DNA from: Malacoraja senta
Lineage: Eukaryota
Direction: 5' to 3'
NCBI GenBank assembly: GCA_038087875.1
Contig: CM075990.1
Span: 13,890,001-13,954,000 of the forward strand
DNA: 64,000 bases
Positions within the stretch are counted from its first letter, which is position 1, and the number at the start of each line of letters is the position of its first letter. Below the pieces are notes generated by a model, which did no database searches, was not told the DNA's origin, and worked only from the letters and a program-made list of their open reading frames with translations. The translations under genes were made by a program, and so were the position numbers. Of this stretch, positions 53,351 through 64,000 are shown one piece after another.

Positions 53351-53532
53351 TCAGAAGGACTGCAGATGCTGGAAAATCGAAGGTAGACAAAAAATGCTGG
53401 AGAAACTCAGTGGGTGAGGCAGCATCTATGGAGCGAAGTCTGAAGAAGGATTTTGGCCCAAAACGTTGCCTATTTCCTTCGCTCCATAGATGCTGCCTCA
53501 CCCGCTGAGCTTCTCCAGCATTTTTGTCTACC
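53351..53532. mobile_element. Fold-back Penelope pLTR-derived insertion with 14-bp TSD
   Basis: aagggaaaactctt at 53337-53350 and 53533-53546; inverted halves ggtagacaaaaaatgctggagaa.. / ..ttctccagcatttttgtctacc. Confidence 0.88.
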
Positions 53533-54022
53533 AAGGGAAAACTCTTGCCGACCACGGTTTGTTTGTGGCCAATATAGTAAATACTGCAGTTTGCAATCCA
53601 TTAACAGAGAAGGTACAAAACAACAAAAGCCCTCTCATGACTTGCAGGACTCTGCATTGACTTTCGGTTCCTGACCCATTGACACCAGATGATTACAATA
53701 ATCACTTATTTATGAGAAAGATCCTCAAAACTCATCAGACATGAGTGCTGTTGAGAAACAATTCCGGATCTGTCTCTACTGAATCACATGTTAACTTGTA
53801 AACCTCATTGTGATACTTAGACTCTCCAACATTCAAGGTCAAGTGTGTGATTCTGAGTCACATTCACACTGGCCTGCCTTGTGCCTTGAGGAACATGCTC
53901 AATCGTGGTTTGACATTTTAATGAATTGCTTTGAACACAGTACGAGAACAACCCGACGCTTACCAAACGATTAGGTTATGTTGATGGTATCATCCCGGTT
54001 ATCACTGTATATCGGTACCTCA

Positions 54023-54781
54023 GAAACATAGAAACATAGAAACATAGAAAATAGGTGCAGGAGTAGGCCATTCGGCCCTTCGAGCCTGCACCACCATTCG
54101 ATATGATCATGGCTGATCATCCAACTCCATATCCTGTACCTGCCTTCTCTCCATACCCCCTGATCCCTTTAGCCACAAGGGCCACATCTAACTCCCTCTT
54201 AAATATAGCCAATGAACTGGCCTCAACTATCTTCTGTGGCAGAGAATTCCAGAGATTCACCACTCTCTGTGTGAAAAATGTTTTCCTCATCTCGGTCCTA
54301 AAAGATTTCCCCCCTTATCCTTAAACTGTGACCCCTTGTTCTGGACTTCCCCAACATCGGGAACAATCTTCCTGCATCTAGCCTATCCAACCCTTTAAAA
54401 ATGTTGTACGTTTCTATAAGATCCCCCATCAATCTTCTAAATTCTAGCGAGTACAAACCGAGTCTATCCAGTCTTTCTTCATATGAAAGTCCTGACATCC
54501 CAGGAATCAGTCTGGTGAAGTGAACCTTCTCTGTACTCCCTCTATGGCAAGAATGTCTTTCCTCAGATTAGGAGACCAAAACTGTACGCAATACTCCAGG
54601 TGTGGTCTCACCAAGACCCTGTACAACTGCAGTAGAACCTCCCTGCTCCTATACACAAATCCTTTTGCTATGAATGCTAACATACCATTCGCCTTCTTCA
54701 CTGCCTGCTGTACCTGCATGCCTACTTTTAATGACTGGTGTACCATGACACCCAGGTCTCGTTGCATCTCCCCTTTTCCTA
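54023..54781 (-). mobile_element. Longest CR1/HER1-type fragment (RT C-terminus to tail)
   Basis: QRDLGVMVHQSLK..KKANGMLAFI..LYRVLVRPHLEYCVQFWSP..EGVQRRFT / GLSYEERLDRLGLYSLEFRRL.GDLIETY; frameshifted; (TTTCTATG)n tail. Confidence 0.95.
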
Positions 54782-55441
54782 AGGGCCGGAGCAGGGTGTT
54801 CCCCCCTGTTGTGAAACTGAACGTATAAGCATTGGCAATAAGTCATTGTTTCTCGATTGCCTGTAATTTCCCTGTAAGCACTTAATCATTTTCCTGTAAT
54901 GGCAACTGGATGAAGGCTATGTTATTGGGAATAACGATTTTTATAATACTGTAATTTGTAATGTATATCAGGTCAGATAGCACTGGTTCAGTATTGCTGT
55001 GACAGGCAATCTAACACCTTGTGTAATTGGAATGCCGACCCACTCTATTAAAATAATGTGACATCTCCCAACGCCATTCCAAGTCACTGTGCCAACTATC
55101 TATTCATGGTGTCAACTGGCCAATAGCCAAGAGCATTATAACAACAAATACTTGCATTCATATTTCACTTCCAGCACAAGATGCAAAACAAATCAGAAGC
55201 AGGAGTAGGCCACTAGGCCCCTCAAGCCTAGCCTGCCATTCAACATGATCGTGGCAGATCTGCCCTTGTCCTCAACCCCTTTTCTGTGCCCATTCCCCAT
55301 AGACCTCCATTCCCCGATCTTTTCCGAAATGTATACACTCCCCCTTTAATACCTCCATTGATCCATTCTCCACAACCAGCCAGGCAGAGAGTTCAATTAA
55401 CATTGTAAGTGCTTCCTGGGAACAAACCTGAGAAAAAGCCA

Positions 55442-55547
55442 AGGTAGACAAAAGTGCTGGAGAAACTCAGCGGGTGCAGCAGCATCTATGGAGTGAAGGA
55501 AATATGCAACGTTTCGGGCCGAAACCCTTCTTCAGACTGATGTAGGG
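55442..55547 (-). mobile_element. Solo Penelope pLTR with intact hammerhead-like core (55508-55535) and 13-bp TSD
   Basis: tgagaaaaagcca at 55429-55441 and 55548-55560. Confidence 0.88.
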
Positions 55548-56645
55548 TGAGAAAAAGCCACATGAGGAGGGGATACAGAAGAAACTGCAGATGCTGAAAT
55601 CTTGAATGAAACACAGTGCTGGAGTAACTCAGCGGGTCAGGCAGCATCTCTGGAGTGAGTAGATGGGTGACATTTTCAGGTCGGGTCCCATCTTCAGACG
55701 CATGGGGATATCAGGGCAGTTGACCAAAAACTAAGCGTCTCAAAGGAGGAGAGTAGAGTGATGAGCTTGGTGGGGGGGAATTCCAGAGCCTAAGACATCG
55801 GCAGCTGGAGAAGAGGTGGAACCACTTGACAACCTTTACTGTCGGTGGGATCGCTTTCAAGGCGGGAGCATTGAGGATGCGGCAGAATCTGTAAGGAGTG
55901 ATTGGAAATTGGTCTTTGATGTCTGCCATCGGTGAATCAAACATTTGACTTCAGGGGTTAAATGTTTATTCCTGGACTGAAGGAAAGTTTCTCCAGGGCA
56001 AGAGTTGACACATCGAAGATCAAGAAGCAGAAGGTATTTGTTGTGATGAAGCCGGCTTTGTACAAGTCAGAAAATGACACAAAACACCTTCTAAATTCAG
56101 CGCTACCTAAAGGCCATCCATCTTCACCTGTCACTTCCATTTGATTTGATGGCTAAGCAATGTTTGTGTTTCCAAGGGTTAGGCAGGACTTTTATTACAT
56201 CTGTCATGGTATTTATTGCAGCACCGTGGAGTGAGCTCAGCAACTGGCTGGTTAAACCTTGTCAGTGGAACGATGGCCACGTCAGAGGGATGGATCAACA
56301 GATGGTTTCCTGACAACTTAAAGGCAAAAGCAATTGATGAGGGTGAGGGGCTACATGGCGCAGTAGTTATTAACCTTCTAAACAGCAAGCTTGAAATGGA
56401 AAATAAATACCTTTGAAAGTGAGGTGATATATATTGTTTTGGGAATGATTTCACAGAGTTAGGCTGGTCTTAACAAATAGTACTCTCACTTCTGTCAAAA
56501 GGATGGAAGGTTCAAACGTTGCTGAAGAGACTGGAGAATAGGGTGTGCAGTGTCACAGCTAATATTGCTGCTGCCTCACAATGCCTGAGACCCGAGTTCA
56601 ATCTTCACCTCGGGGGCTGTGTGTGTGGAGTGTGTACGTGACCAC

Positions 56646-56827
56646 AGAAACATAGAAACATAGGTTTCTAGGTAGAAAAATAGGTGCAACAGTAGCCCAT
56701 TTGGCCCTTCAAGCCAGCGCCGCCATTCAATATGATCATGGCAGGTCATCCAAAATCAGTACCCCGTTCCTGCTTTCTCCCCATGTCCCTTAATTCTGTT
56801 AGCCCTAAGAGCTATATCTGACTCTCT
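56646..56827 (-). mobile_element. CR1 3' end
   Basis: agaaacatagaaacatag tail complement; cagtaccccgttcctgctttctcccc. Confidence 0.85.
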
Positions 56828-56916
56828 CACGTAGAACGTAGAACAGCACAACAGAGGAAGAAGCCCTTCAACCCGCAATGTCTGCCGAACATGATGGCAA
56901 GAACAGACCTAACTGC

Positions 56917-57188
56917 CTGCAGATACACCCATATACCATGTCCACCGTGTCTGCAGATACACCCATATACCATGTCCACCGTGTCTGCAGATACACCCAT
57001 ATACCATGTCCACCGTGTCTGCAGATACACCCATATACCATGTCCACCGTGTCTGCAGATACACCCATATACCATGTCCACCGTGTCTGCAGATACACCC
57101 ATATACCATGTCCACCGTGTCTGCAGATACACCCATATACCATGTCCACCGTGTCTGCAGATACACCCATATACCATGTCCACCGTGT
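56917..57188. repeat. Perfect minisatellite, 8 x 34 bp
   Basis: Unit ctgcagatacacccatataccatgtccaccgtgt starts at 56917, 56951, 56985, 57019, 57053, 57087, 57121 and 57155. Confidence 0.97.
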
Positions 57189-57323
57189 CCGCTTCCCCCA
57201 CATCCCAAAGCTTTGCAGGTCATGATCAATTGCCACTTGGGTGTGGGTGAGTGGTAGAGACTGGGGACATACGATGAGAATGTGGGGAGAATAAAGTATT
57301 TGGAGTAATGTACTGTGGGATTA

Positions 57324-57719
57324 GTGCTTGTGGGTGATTGGTGGTTGACGTGGATCGATGGACCTCTCTCCATGACTCCAACACAATACAAGCCAACCCC
57401 GCAGGAGTGCTGCATTGTTGGCAATACTGCTTTTCAATCTCAGCCAGTTGCTTCTGTGGCCCTGACCCTTGAAGAGCAGACAATCCCCACTGATCAAGCT
57501 GATAGTTCTCCCTCAAACAGCAGGTTATCTGCTCATTATCACATTGCTCTGGGTGGGATCCCTGCTGTGGAACTATGGCTGCATTTCCCCTTTGCTACAA
57601 CTAACATCACAGGAACTTGTATTGTATTGTATTGTATTGTATTGTGTTGGCTTGTATTGTGTTGGAGTCATGGAGAGAGGTCCATCGATCCACGTCAACC
57701 ACCAATCACCCACAAGCAC
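57324..57719. repeat. Perfect 74-bp inverted repeat with 248-bp spacer
   Basis: 57324-57397 is the exact reverse complement of 57646-57719. Confidence 0.93.
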
Positions 57720-58781
57720 AGGAACGTGACTGGGTATGGTGCCACCTAAGGTGACATGAAATGCTATCAATATTTAAATCTTTCTTTCTCTTTAACAATT
57801 GGAGTCACATATCCTGATTCGTTACTCGTTGAAACTGCCCGGTAGATATCTTGCTGATTCCCTGCTCGGCGAACAGGATGAAGTAGAGTGTGTGTGTGTG
57901 TGTGCTGATTAACCATTTGTTGGGTTGTAACGTGAGCTTCCATGGCTGTGGGCATCTGAATATCGAGGAGGTCAGTCCTCTCAAGGGAAGGGTTTTAACA
58001 GATTCCTATAGTTCATTCAGAGGGTGGAGGGTTGCCCTTGCTGGAGATGGAGTTCAGAGATGGGGTGTATTTTAAATGCTGCTCCCCCTACTTGAGTTTG
58101 GTAGTGCCACCCATCAGGAATATCTGCTCCAATGTCGAGGTGCGGGTCTACTTTGAGTTCAGATTTTACATCCACTCAGATTTGGAAAACTATTGTGCAA
58201 GGCAGTTCAATCCTGTGACTGAACCACAATGACCTTTATTCTGAGACGGCTCCGAGCTTGAGATGGGAATGGAGGCAGAAGTAAAACCCATTGTTGGTAA
58301 CAGTGCATGGATGTGAAATCTGAACTTTTCAAAACAGTATGACAAGATGAATAGACTTATTGGAGCCGAGAATTGGGAGATGATTAGACAGTCAATGCGA
58401 CCCTTTGGGCCGGAACCAGCTTGAGGCCACAATGTTCTACCTCCTATTATCCTACTATCTACTTACTATCTAACTCATTGGTGACCCTCGGACTATCCTT
58501 GTTCAGACTTTGCTGGCTTTACCTTGCACTAAACGTTATTCCCTTATCAGGTATCTATACACTGTAAATGGCTCGATTGGAATCATGTATTATCTTCCGC
58601 TGACTGGAAAGCACGCAACAAAAGCTTTTCACTGTACCTCAATACATGTGAATAAACTAAAGTGAACTGGATGGGTGAGCTAATATGCTTATAACTGAAA
58701 TTAGTTCCTTTGGTTGGGCAAACCTTGTGGTGGAGAAGTTAGCCATGCTGGGGAACATAGAAGGACAGAGAAGAGAAAGAA

Positions 58782-58953
58782 GACAATAGACAATAGACAA
58801 TAGGTGCAGGAGTAGGCCATTCGGCCCTTCAAGCCAACACCACCATTCACTGTGATCTTGGCTGATCATCCACAATCAGTACCCCGTTCCTGCCTTCTCA
58901 CCATATCCCTTGACTCCGCTATCTTTAAGAGGTCTATCTAACTCTCTCTTGAA
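58782..58953 (-). mobile_element. CR1 3' end
   Basis: (gacaata)n tail complement followed by ggtgcaggagtaggccattcggccc. Confidence 0.88.
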
Positions 58954-59929
58954 GATATTAAGGATGATCTAAGAAACCGGTTATTTGTCTGTGGTTCTGC
59001 ATTGCAGTTGGCAACTGATTGGCATGGAGACATCACGTCATCAACAATCAACAACTTCGTGACTCACTGATCAAGAAACTGTTGAATTTTAACTCCAAGT
59101 TTGACCATCGGTTGGAGATCACATTTCAAATACTGACCTCCCACTGGCAAGTCCAAAGAAAGAATTTTAACGTCTGTACTGCCTGTTACAACTGCAACAT
59201 ATTCCAGAGTACTTTTTTCAAGCAATGAAGTACTTTTTCTAAAGATTTAATATTTTAATGTAAGAAATACAGCAGCCAATTTCCGATATAGCCTCAATGT
59301 AGGCTATATACCCTATATATCAAATATTTCTATATATCCTATGTATCTTCCTATATAAGCCCAGAGCATGCGAAAGACCAGATTATTGATTCACTGAGCG
59401 ATTAATTGGACAGGACACTGGAGAAGGCTTCCTCAAAATATGACCACAGGAGGTTAATATCCCAAGCTGATGAAGGGACATCGTTCCGCATCTCCTCAAC
59501 ACTGCGCGGGGACCATCAGTCCTTCAGGAATTGTTGCGCCTATACTTTCTTCGATGTCACTGTTTAATAAGGCATTCGACAAGGAGAATGGTACCGACCA
59601 AGCATCCTTTGTAGATGGCGACCAACACTCAGCGATCGAAGCCAGTGGTGAATTCACCAATTTATCAGAGGGTATGTAGGAAGCTGTAGAAGAGGATACA
59701 ATCACGACTTTTAAAGGATATTTGGACTGATGTATGTATAGAAAAGGTTTAGAATGCTATGTGCCAAATACAGGCAATGGATCTTGCCCAGAATGCCAAT
59801 TTGATCAACATGGACAAGGTGGGATTAAGGGCCCGCTTCTATGCTATGTACAGTGGTGTGGTGGTAGAATCAGAATCAGAATCAGAATAGTACTTTATTT
59901 GCCAAGTATGTTTTGCAACATACATGGAA

Positions 59930-60226
59930 TAGCAGTAGAGTTGCTACCCTGCAGCACCAGAGATCGGGGTTTGATCCTGACTATGGGTGCTGTCTGTATG
60001 GAGTTTGTACATTTTCCCCGTGACCTGCGTTGGTTTTCTCCGGGATCTCTGGTTTCCTCCTGCACTCCAAAGACGTACAGGTTAGTAGGTTAATTGGCTT
60101 GGTATCATTGTAAAATTGTTCACCAATGTGTGTGGGATAGTGTTACTGTGTGGGGATCACTGGTTGATGTTGACTCAGTGAGCCGAAGGGCCTGTTTCTG
60201 CACTGTATCTCTAAACTAAACTAAAC
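59930..60226 (+). mobile_element. HE1/V-SINE-like SINE
   Basis: gcagtagagttgct..gggtttgatcctgact..actccaaagacgtacagg..gaagggcctgtttctgcactgtatct(ctaaa)n. Confidence 0.85.
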
Positions 60227-60819
60227 ATTCCTTAAAAGGCCTAGTCACTGTAGTGCAGGAAGGAAAATCTGCTTTACAAAGGAAAGGCTTGAGATTCCAA
60301 TATAGAGTTCTACTGGATGTAAATGGAACAACTTGGATAACGAAGGAGAAAACTATTTTCCCTGAATAGTGAATGATAGGTTTGTGGAAGTTGTCCACAT
60401 CAAGGCTCTTCAGCACCAAGACATGTCTCCAAGGCTTGGTGTGCTCACATCTACTGGGGTGTACAATGACCACACCAGGGAAGTCTTGACGCAATTGCCT
60501 ATGAGTCAAGAAAATCACTGTAAGGATAACCTCCATTTCATTCAATCCTGCTCTTACACATCAACAGTCAAGGGTGTTTCATTGTCATTTATGCCAGCAA
60601 TTAAACACTGAAATTCTTATTTGCTGCAGGCCCATTACAGGCCCATTACAGGCCCATTAACGTAACAACAAAACAAATTAATAGACAATTGTAAATAATA
60701 CAATTAATTATGAATCAGTAATACTCAGTAATAATCAGTAATATGGTATTAATCAGGTAACCAGGCATAATAGTGCAAAACAAAAGTACATAGTGCAACC
60801 AAATCAAAGTCCATAGTAG

Positions 60820-61016
60820 GTAGACAAAAATGTTGGAGAAACTCAGCGGGTGAGGCAGCATCTATGGAGCGAAGGAAATAGGTGACGTTTCGGGTCGAGA
60901 CCCTTCTTCAGACTCTCACCTATTCCTTCGCTCCATAGATGCTGCCTCTCCCACTGAGTTTCTCCAGTAGTTTTGGCTACCTTCGATTGTTCCAGCATCT
61001 GCAGTTCTTTCTTAAA
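60820..61016. mobile_element. Fold-back Penelope pLTR-derived insertion with 15-bp TSD, inside a minus-strand Rex-type 3' end (~60575-61290)
   Basis: caaagtccatagtag at 60805-60819 and 61017-61031; intact hammerhead-like core on the minus strand at 60884-60911. Confidence 0.88.
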
Positions 61017-61999
61017 CAAAGTCCATAGTAGATCTTTGCTGAGGTAGGGTTGTGGCTAGTGGTGTGCAGGGTTCAAGAGCCTGATGGTTGCAGGAAAGAA
61101 GCTAATCTTGAACCTGTTGGTCGTGGTTCTCAGGCTCGTGTATCTTCTACCCATGGTGATTGTGAGGTGAGAATGTGTTCAGGGAGGTCTGGTCCTTTGA
61201 TGATATTAGCTGCATTTTTAAGGCAGTGCCTCCTGTAGTTCCCGTCAATGGTGGGGAGGTCAATACACCTGCTGGACCGGGCAATGTGCACACGTGATCT
61301 CTGTCCCTGTGGGTTGATGGTTGGAGTTTAGGGGGCAGAGATGGGTTTGCATGGGTGGGGCCACTGTGTCTGCATTGACCACCCTGCAATAATACCATTA
61401 TATTCTCCCCAGATCAGTATCAACTTCCCACAGATTCCACCACACATCGGAACACTAGGGGCAATATACAGCGGCCAGTTAACCTATCTTCCCACCGTCT
61501 TTTGATGTGGGAGGAAACTGGAGATCTCCTAAAAAAAAACCATGCAGGTCACAGGGAGAACGTACAAACTCCGTACGGACAAACGCCCGTAGTCAGGATC
61601 GGACCCCGGCCTCTGGCGCTTTAGGTCAGTGGCTCTACCACTACATCACCGTGCTGCCCACTGTTCCTGAAGTTTGCTGCCAACATCTCATTTAAAAATG
61701 ACGCCACTGCAACACAAGTGACAGAACTCAAGAGGCAAGGTGTTCCATCTTCCCCTGCTCCCCCACAGGTCACTATCCTCATCCTGAGCAACAGAAATCG
61801 GAGTCAGCAGACAGCTCCCACCAACACCACCAGATGACGGAGCTGTTATGACCTTCACTAAAAGGCAGTAAATCCTGTAACACCACATTATTGCAAATGG
61901 TCCCACATGTCATTTTGATTCACAACAAAGAAATCGTGAACTTGCTTCCAAATAACGTGGATGGTTTCAACTGCGTGAGAGTGTGAAAAAGAGTCATAG

Positions 62000-62505
62000 G
62001 GTCACTCAGCGTGGAAACAAGCCCTTCATCCCAGCTTGCCCATCCTGACCTAACTGTTCCATCCAAACTAGTCCCATCTACCCACGTTTGGCCCATATCC
62101 CATCTAAACCCTTCCTATCCATGTACCTGTTCAAATGTTTAAAAATTTGTTACAGTACCTGCCTCAACTACCTCCTCTGGTTTCATATGACCACATGGGT
62201 TTCCACCAGGTGTTCGATTTTCTTCCCACATTCCAAAGATGTGCAGATTTGTAGGTTAATTGGCTTCTGTAAATTGTCCCTAGTGTGTAGGATAGAACTA
62301 GTGAATGGGTGATTGTTGGTTGGCATGGACTCAGTTGGCCGAAGGGCCTGTTTTCATGCTGCAACTAAACAAAACAAATATACCACCGCCCTCCGTGCGA
62401 AAAAAGTTGCCCCTCAGATTCCTATTCAATCTTTTCCCTCTCACCTTAAACCTGTGTCCTCTGGTTCCTGACTCCCCTGCTCCGGGTAAAAGACTCTGTG
62501 CATGT
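62000..62505 (-). mobile_element. CR1 3' fragment with a nested plus-strand SINE (~62185-62378)
   Basis: CR1 sequence breaks at ..ctctggtttcatat and resumes at ataccaccgccctccgtgcgaaaaaagttgcccc. Confidence 0.75.
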
Positions 62506-62999
62506 CTTAGTGGTTAGCGCTGATAGCATGGAGCAGTGAGGAGAGTGCTGGCTCTTTTTCCCCACAGGATTTCTCTGTTCTCCTGAGAGAGCAGGTGGAG
62601 GTTTAGTTTAACATTGCATGTCAGGGTGGCATCTGCGACAAGGCGGCACTTCCTCAGTACTGCATGCGTGCGCCAACCAAGTTTCTGTGTCATTGGAATG
62701 GCTCAAACCTCCTGAGTGGGAGTGAGGGAGCTACCCTGTGGGCCACGTGCTGGAACGAAACTCCAGCCGAGACTGATGCTCCTTGTAAGAGCCAGGATTT
62801 TAGCACAAATCTAAATAAATGGGAATGATAACATCAATACTGGCAAACAGAGTGAGCAGAAGGCCATTCAAATTGGTCGAACCAAACATATCACAAAGCC
62901 GGGAGCAGCAAGCACTTTATTAAACCTCTTAATATAATGGGGCAGTTGCTAAGTAACCGGCTGGCACAGGTCATTAAAGCCAGGCAGAGGGGAAAATGC

Positions 63000-63340
63000 A
63001 CGGTGGAGATTCAAAACGTGTGGGCAGCTACTTTTGTGCGGCACTCCATGGGCCCAGAGGTTGCCTAGTGATGGCATTGACGTCAAAAGCTGAAGTTAGT
63101 GCTGAGGTTAACACCACTGCAGCTAATGAGTGAAATCAGCTGCACTTCCTCCACGCGGAGCCGGCGGCTGCGGAAGGCGGAAGCGAGAGCCCCAGAGATG
63201 TTGCTGCTGAAATTTTCCTCCGCGGAACCCGAGAGGGAAGTCCCCACGTACGGGCAAAATTAGAAAGTAAAATTCCACTGGCAAACGGAACTTAAAACCC
63301 CTGACAGTCTCAACCTTTTATTTGCATATTAATATGAGGG
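63000..63340. promoter_or_regulatory. Candidate enhancer/promoter: CpG-enriched unique block with clustered TF motifs
   Basis: TGACGTCA 63078-63085, CAGCTG-CACTTCC 63137-63149, tandem GCGGAAG ~63170-63184, ATTTGCAT 63320-63327. Confidence 0.35.
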
Positions 63341-63679
63341 GAGAGTCAGTCAATGTTTTACCTTTACTAACATTGCCATGACTTCATTGAATACTTTATC
63401 TTCCCTGTCCCTCGACTACTGGAAGAGCATAATTGCTCACAGTGGTGCTATGTTTCAACTGAGGCGTTGGCACAAGAAAAGAGAGCCTTGCATTTCTAAT
63501 GCACCTTTCAGGACACCCCTAAGCACTCGAGGATGCTTTCTCACGAAGCAGTCATTCAGCACAGAAGCATAACCTCTAGGGTAACTCGTCCCCATCGACC
63601 AACATGTCCCAACTAAGCTACTTTCATTTACCTGTGCTCGGTCCATATCCACTAAACACTCCCTTTCCATGTATCTGCT

Positions 63680-64000
63680 CTGACCTCCCTACCATCGAGG
63701 GGATCTTCCGCAGCCGCTGCCTCAAAAAGGCTGCCAGCATCATCAAGGACCCACAGCATCCTGGCCACTCACTCATCTCCCCACTGCCTTAAGGTAGAAG
63801 GTACAGGAGCCTGAAATCTGCAACATCCAGGTTCAGGAATAGCTGCTTCCCCACAGCCATCAGCCTACTAAACTCAACTCATACAAAACTCTGAACATTA
63901 ATAGCCCATTGCTCTTTATCTGTTTATTTATTTGTGTGTGTATATATTTATTCAATGGTATATGGACACACTGTTCTGTATTTATGTCTATTATATTCTG
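63680..64000 (+). mobile_element. Rex1/Babar-type 3' fragment
   Basis: DLPTIEGIFRSRCLKKAASIIKDPQHPGHSLISPLP*GRRYRSLKSATSRFRNSCFPTAISLLN. Confidence 0.85.

Noticed and set aside
56827..57424. Repetitive Cys/His-rich ORFs and CRISPR-like periodicity
   Set aside because: 34-bp head-to-tail units with no spacers, unit length not a multiple of three, eukaryotic context and no cas genes.

Overview
Eukaryotic, repeat-dense, almost entirely non-coding DNA. The repeat inventory points to a cartilaginous fish, probably a skate or ray (inference): CR1/HER1-type LINE 3' ends with (TTTCTATG)n or (CTATTGT)n tails, HE1/V-SINE-type and DeuSINE-type SINEs, Penelope-like elements, Rex1/Babar, L2, L1 and PIF/Harbinger-type MITEs. 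No long genuine ORF is present; the long ORFs in the track are (CA)n/(TG)n microsatellite artefacts or retroelement remnants. The best host-gene signal is the candidate 5' end of a minus-strand gene: a CpG-rich first exon (~36505-36900, MNRCF), a second exon (34771-34877) with its own ATG (MCRVADCPLVNGRPSHVGSAWQLGFQLELRLL), and an exon running off the left edge (39->1, RARRSKPKVDALR) that is in frame with both phase-2 donors. Most notable non-genic structures: many short Penelope pLTR-derived insertions carrying a minimal hammerhead-ribozyme core, several as fold-backs with 11-15 bp target duplications; seven MITEs sharing one terminal inverted repeat; a perfect 8x34-bp minisatellite; and a perfect 74-bp inverted repeat. 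Repeat family names are by recognition, not database search, and boundaries of degraded repeats are approximate.
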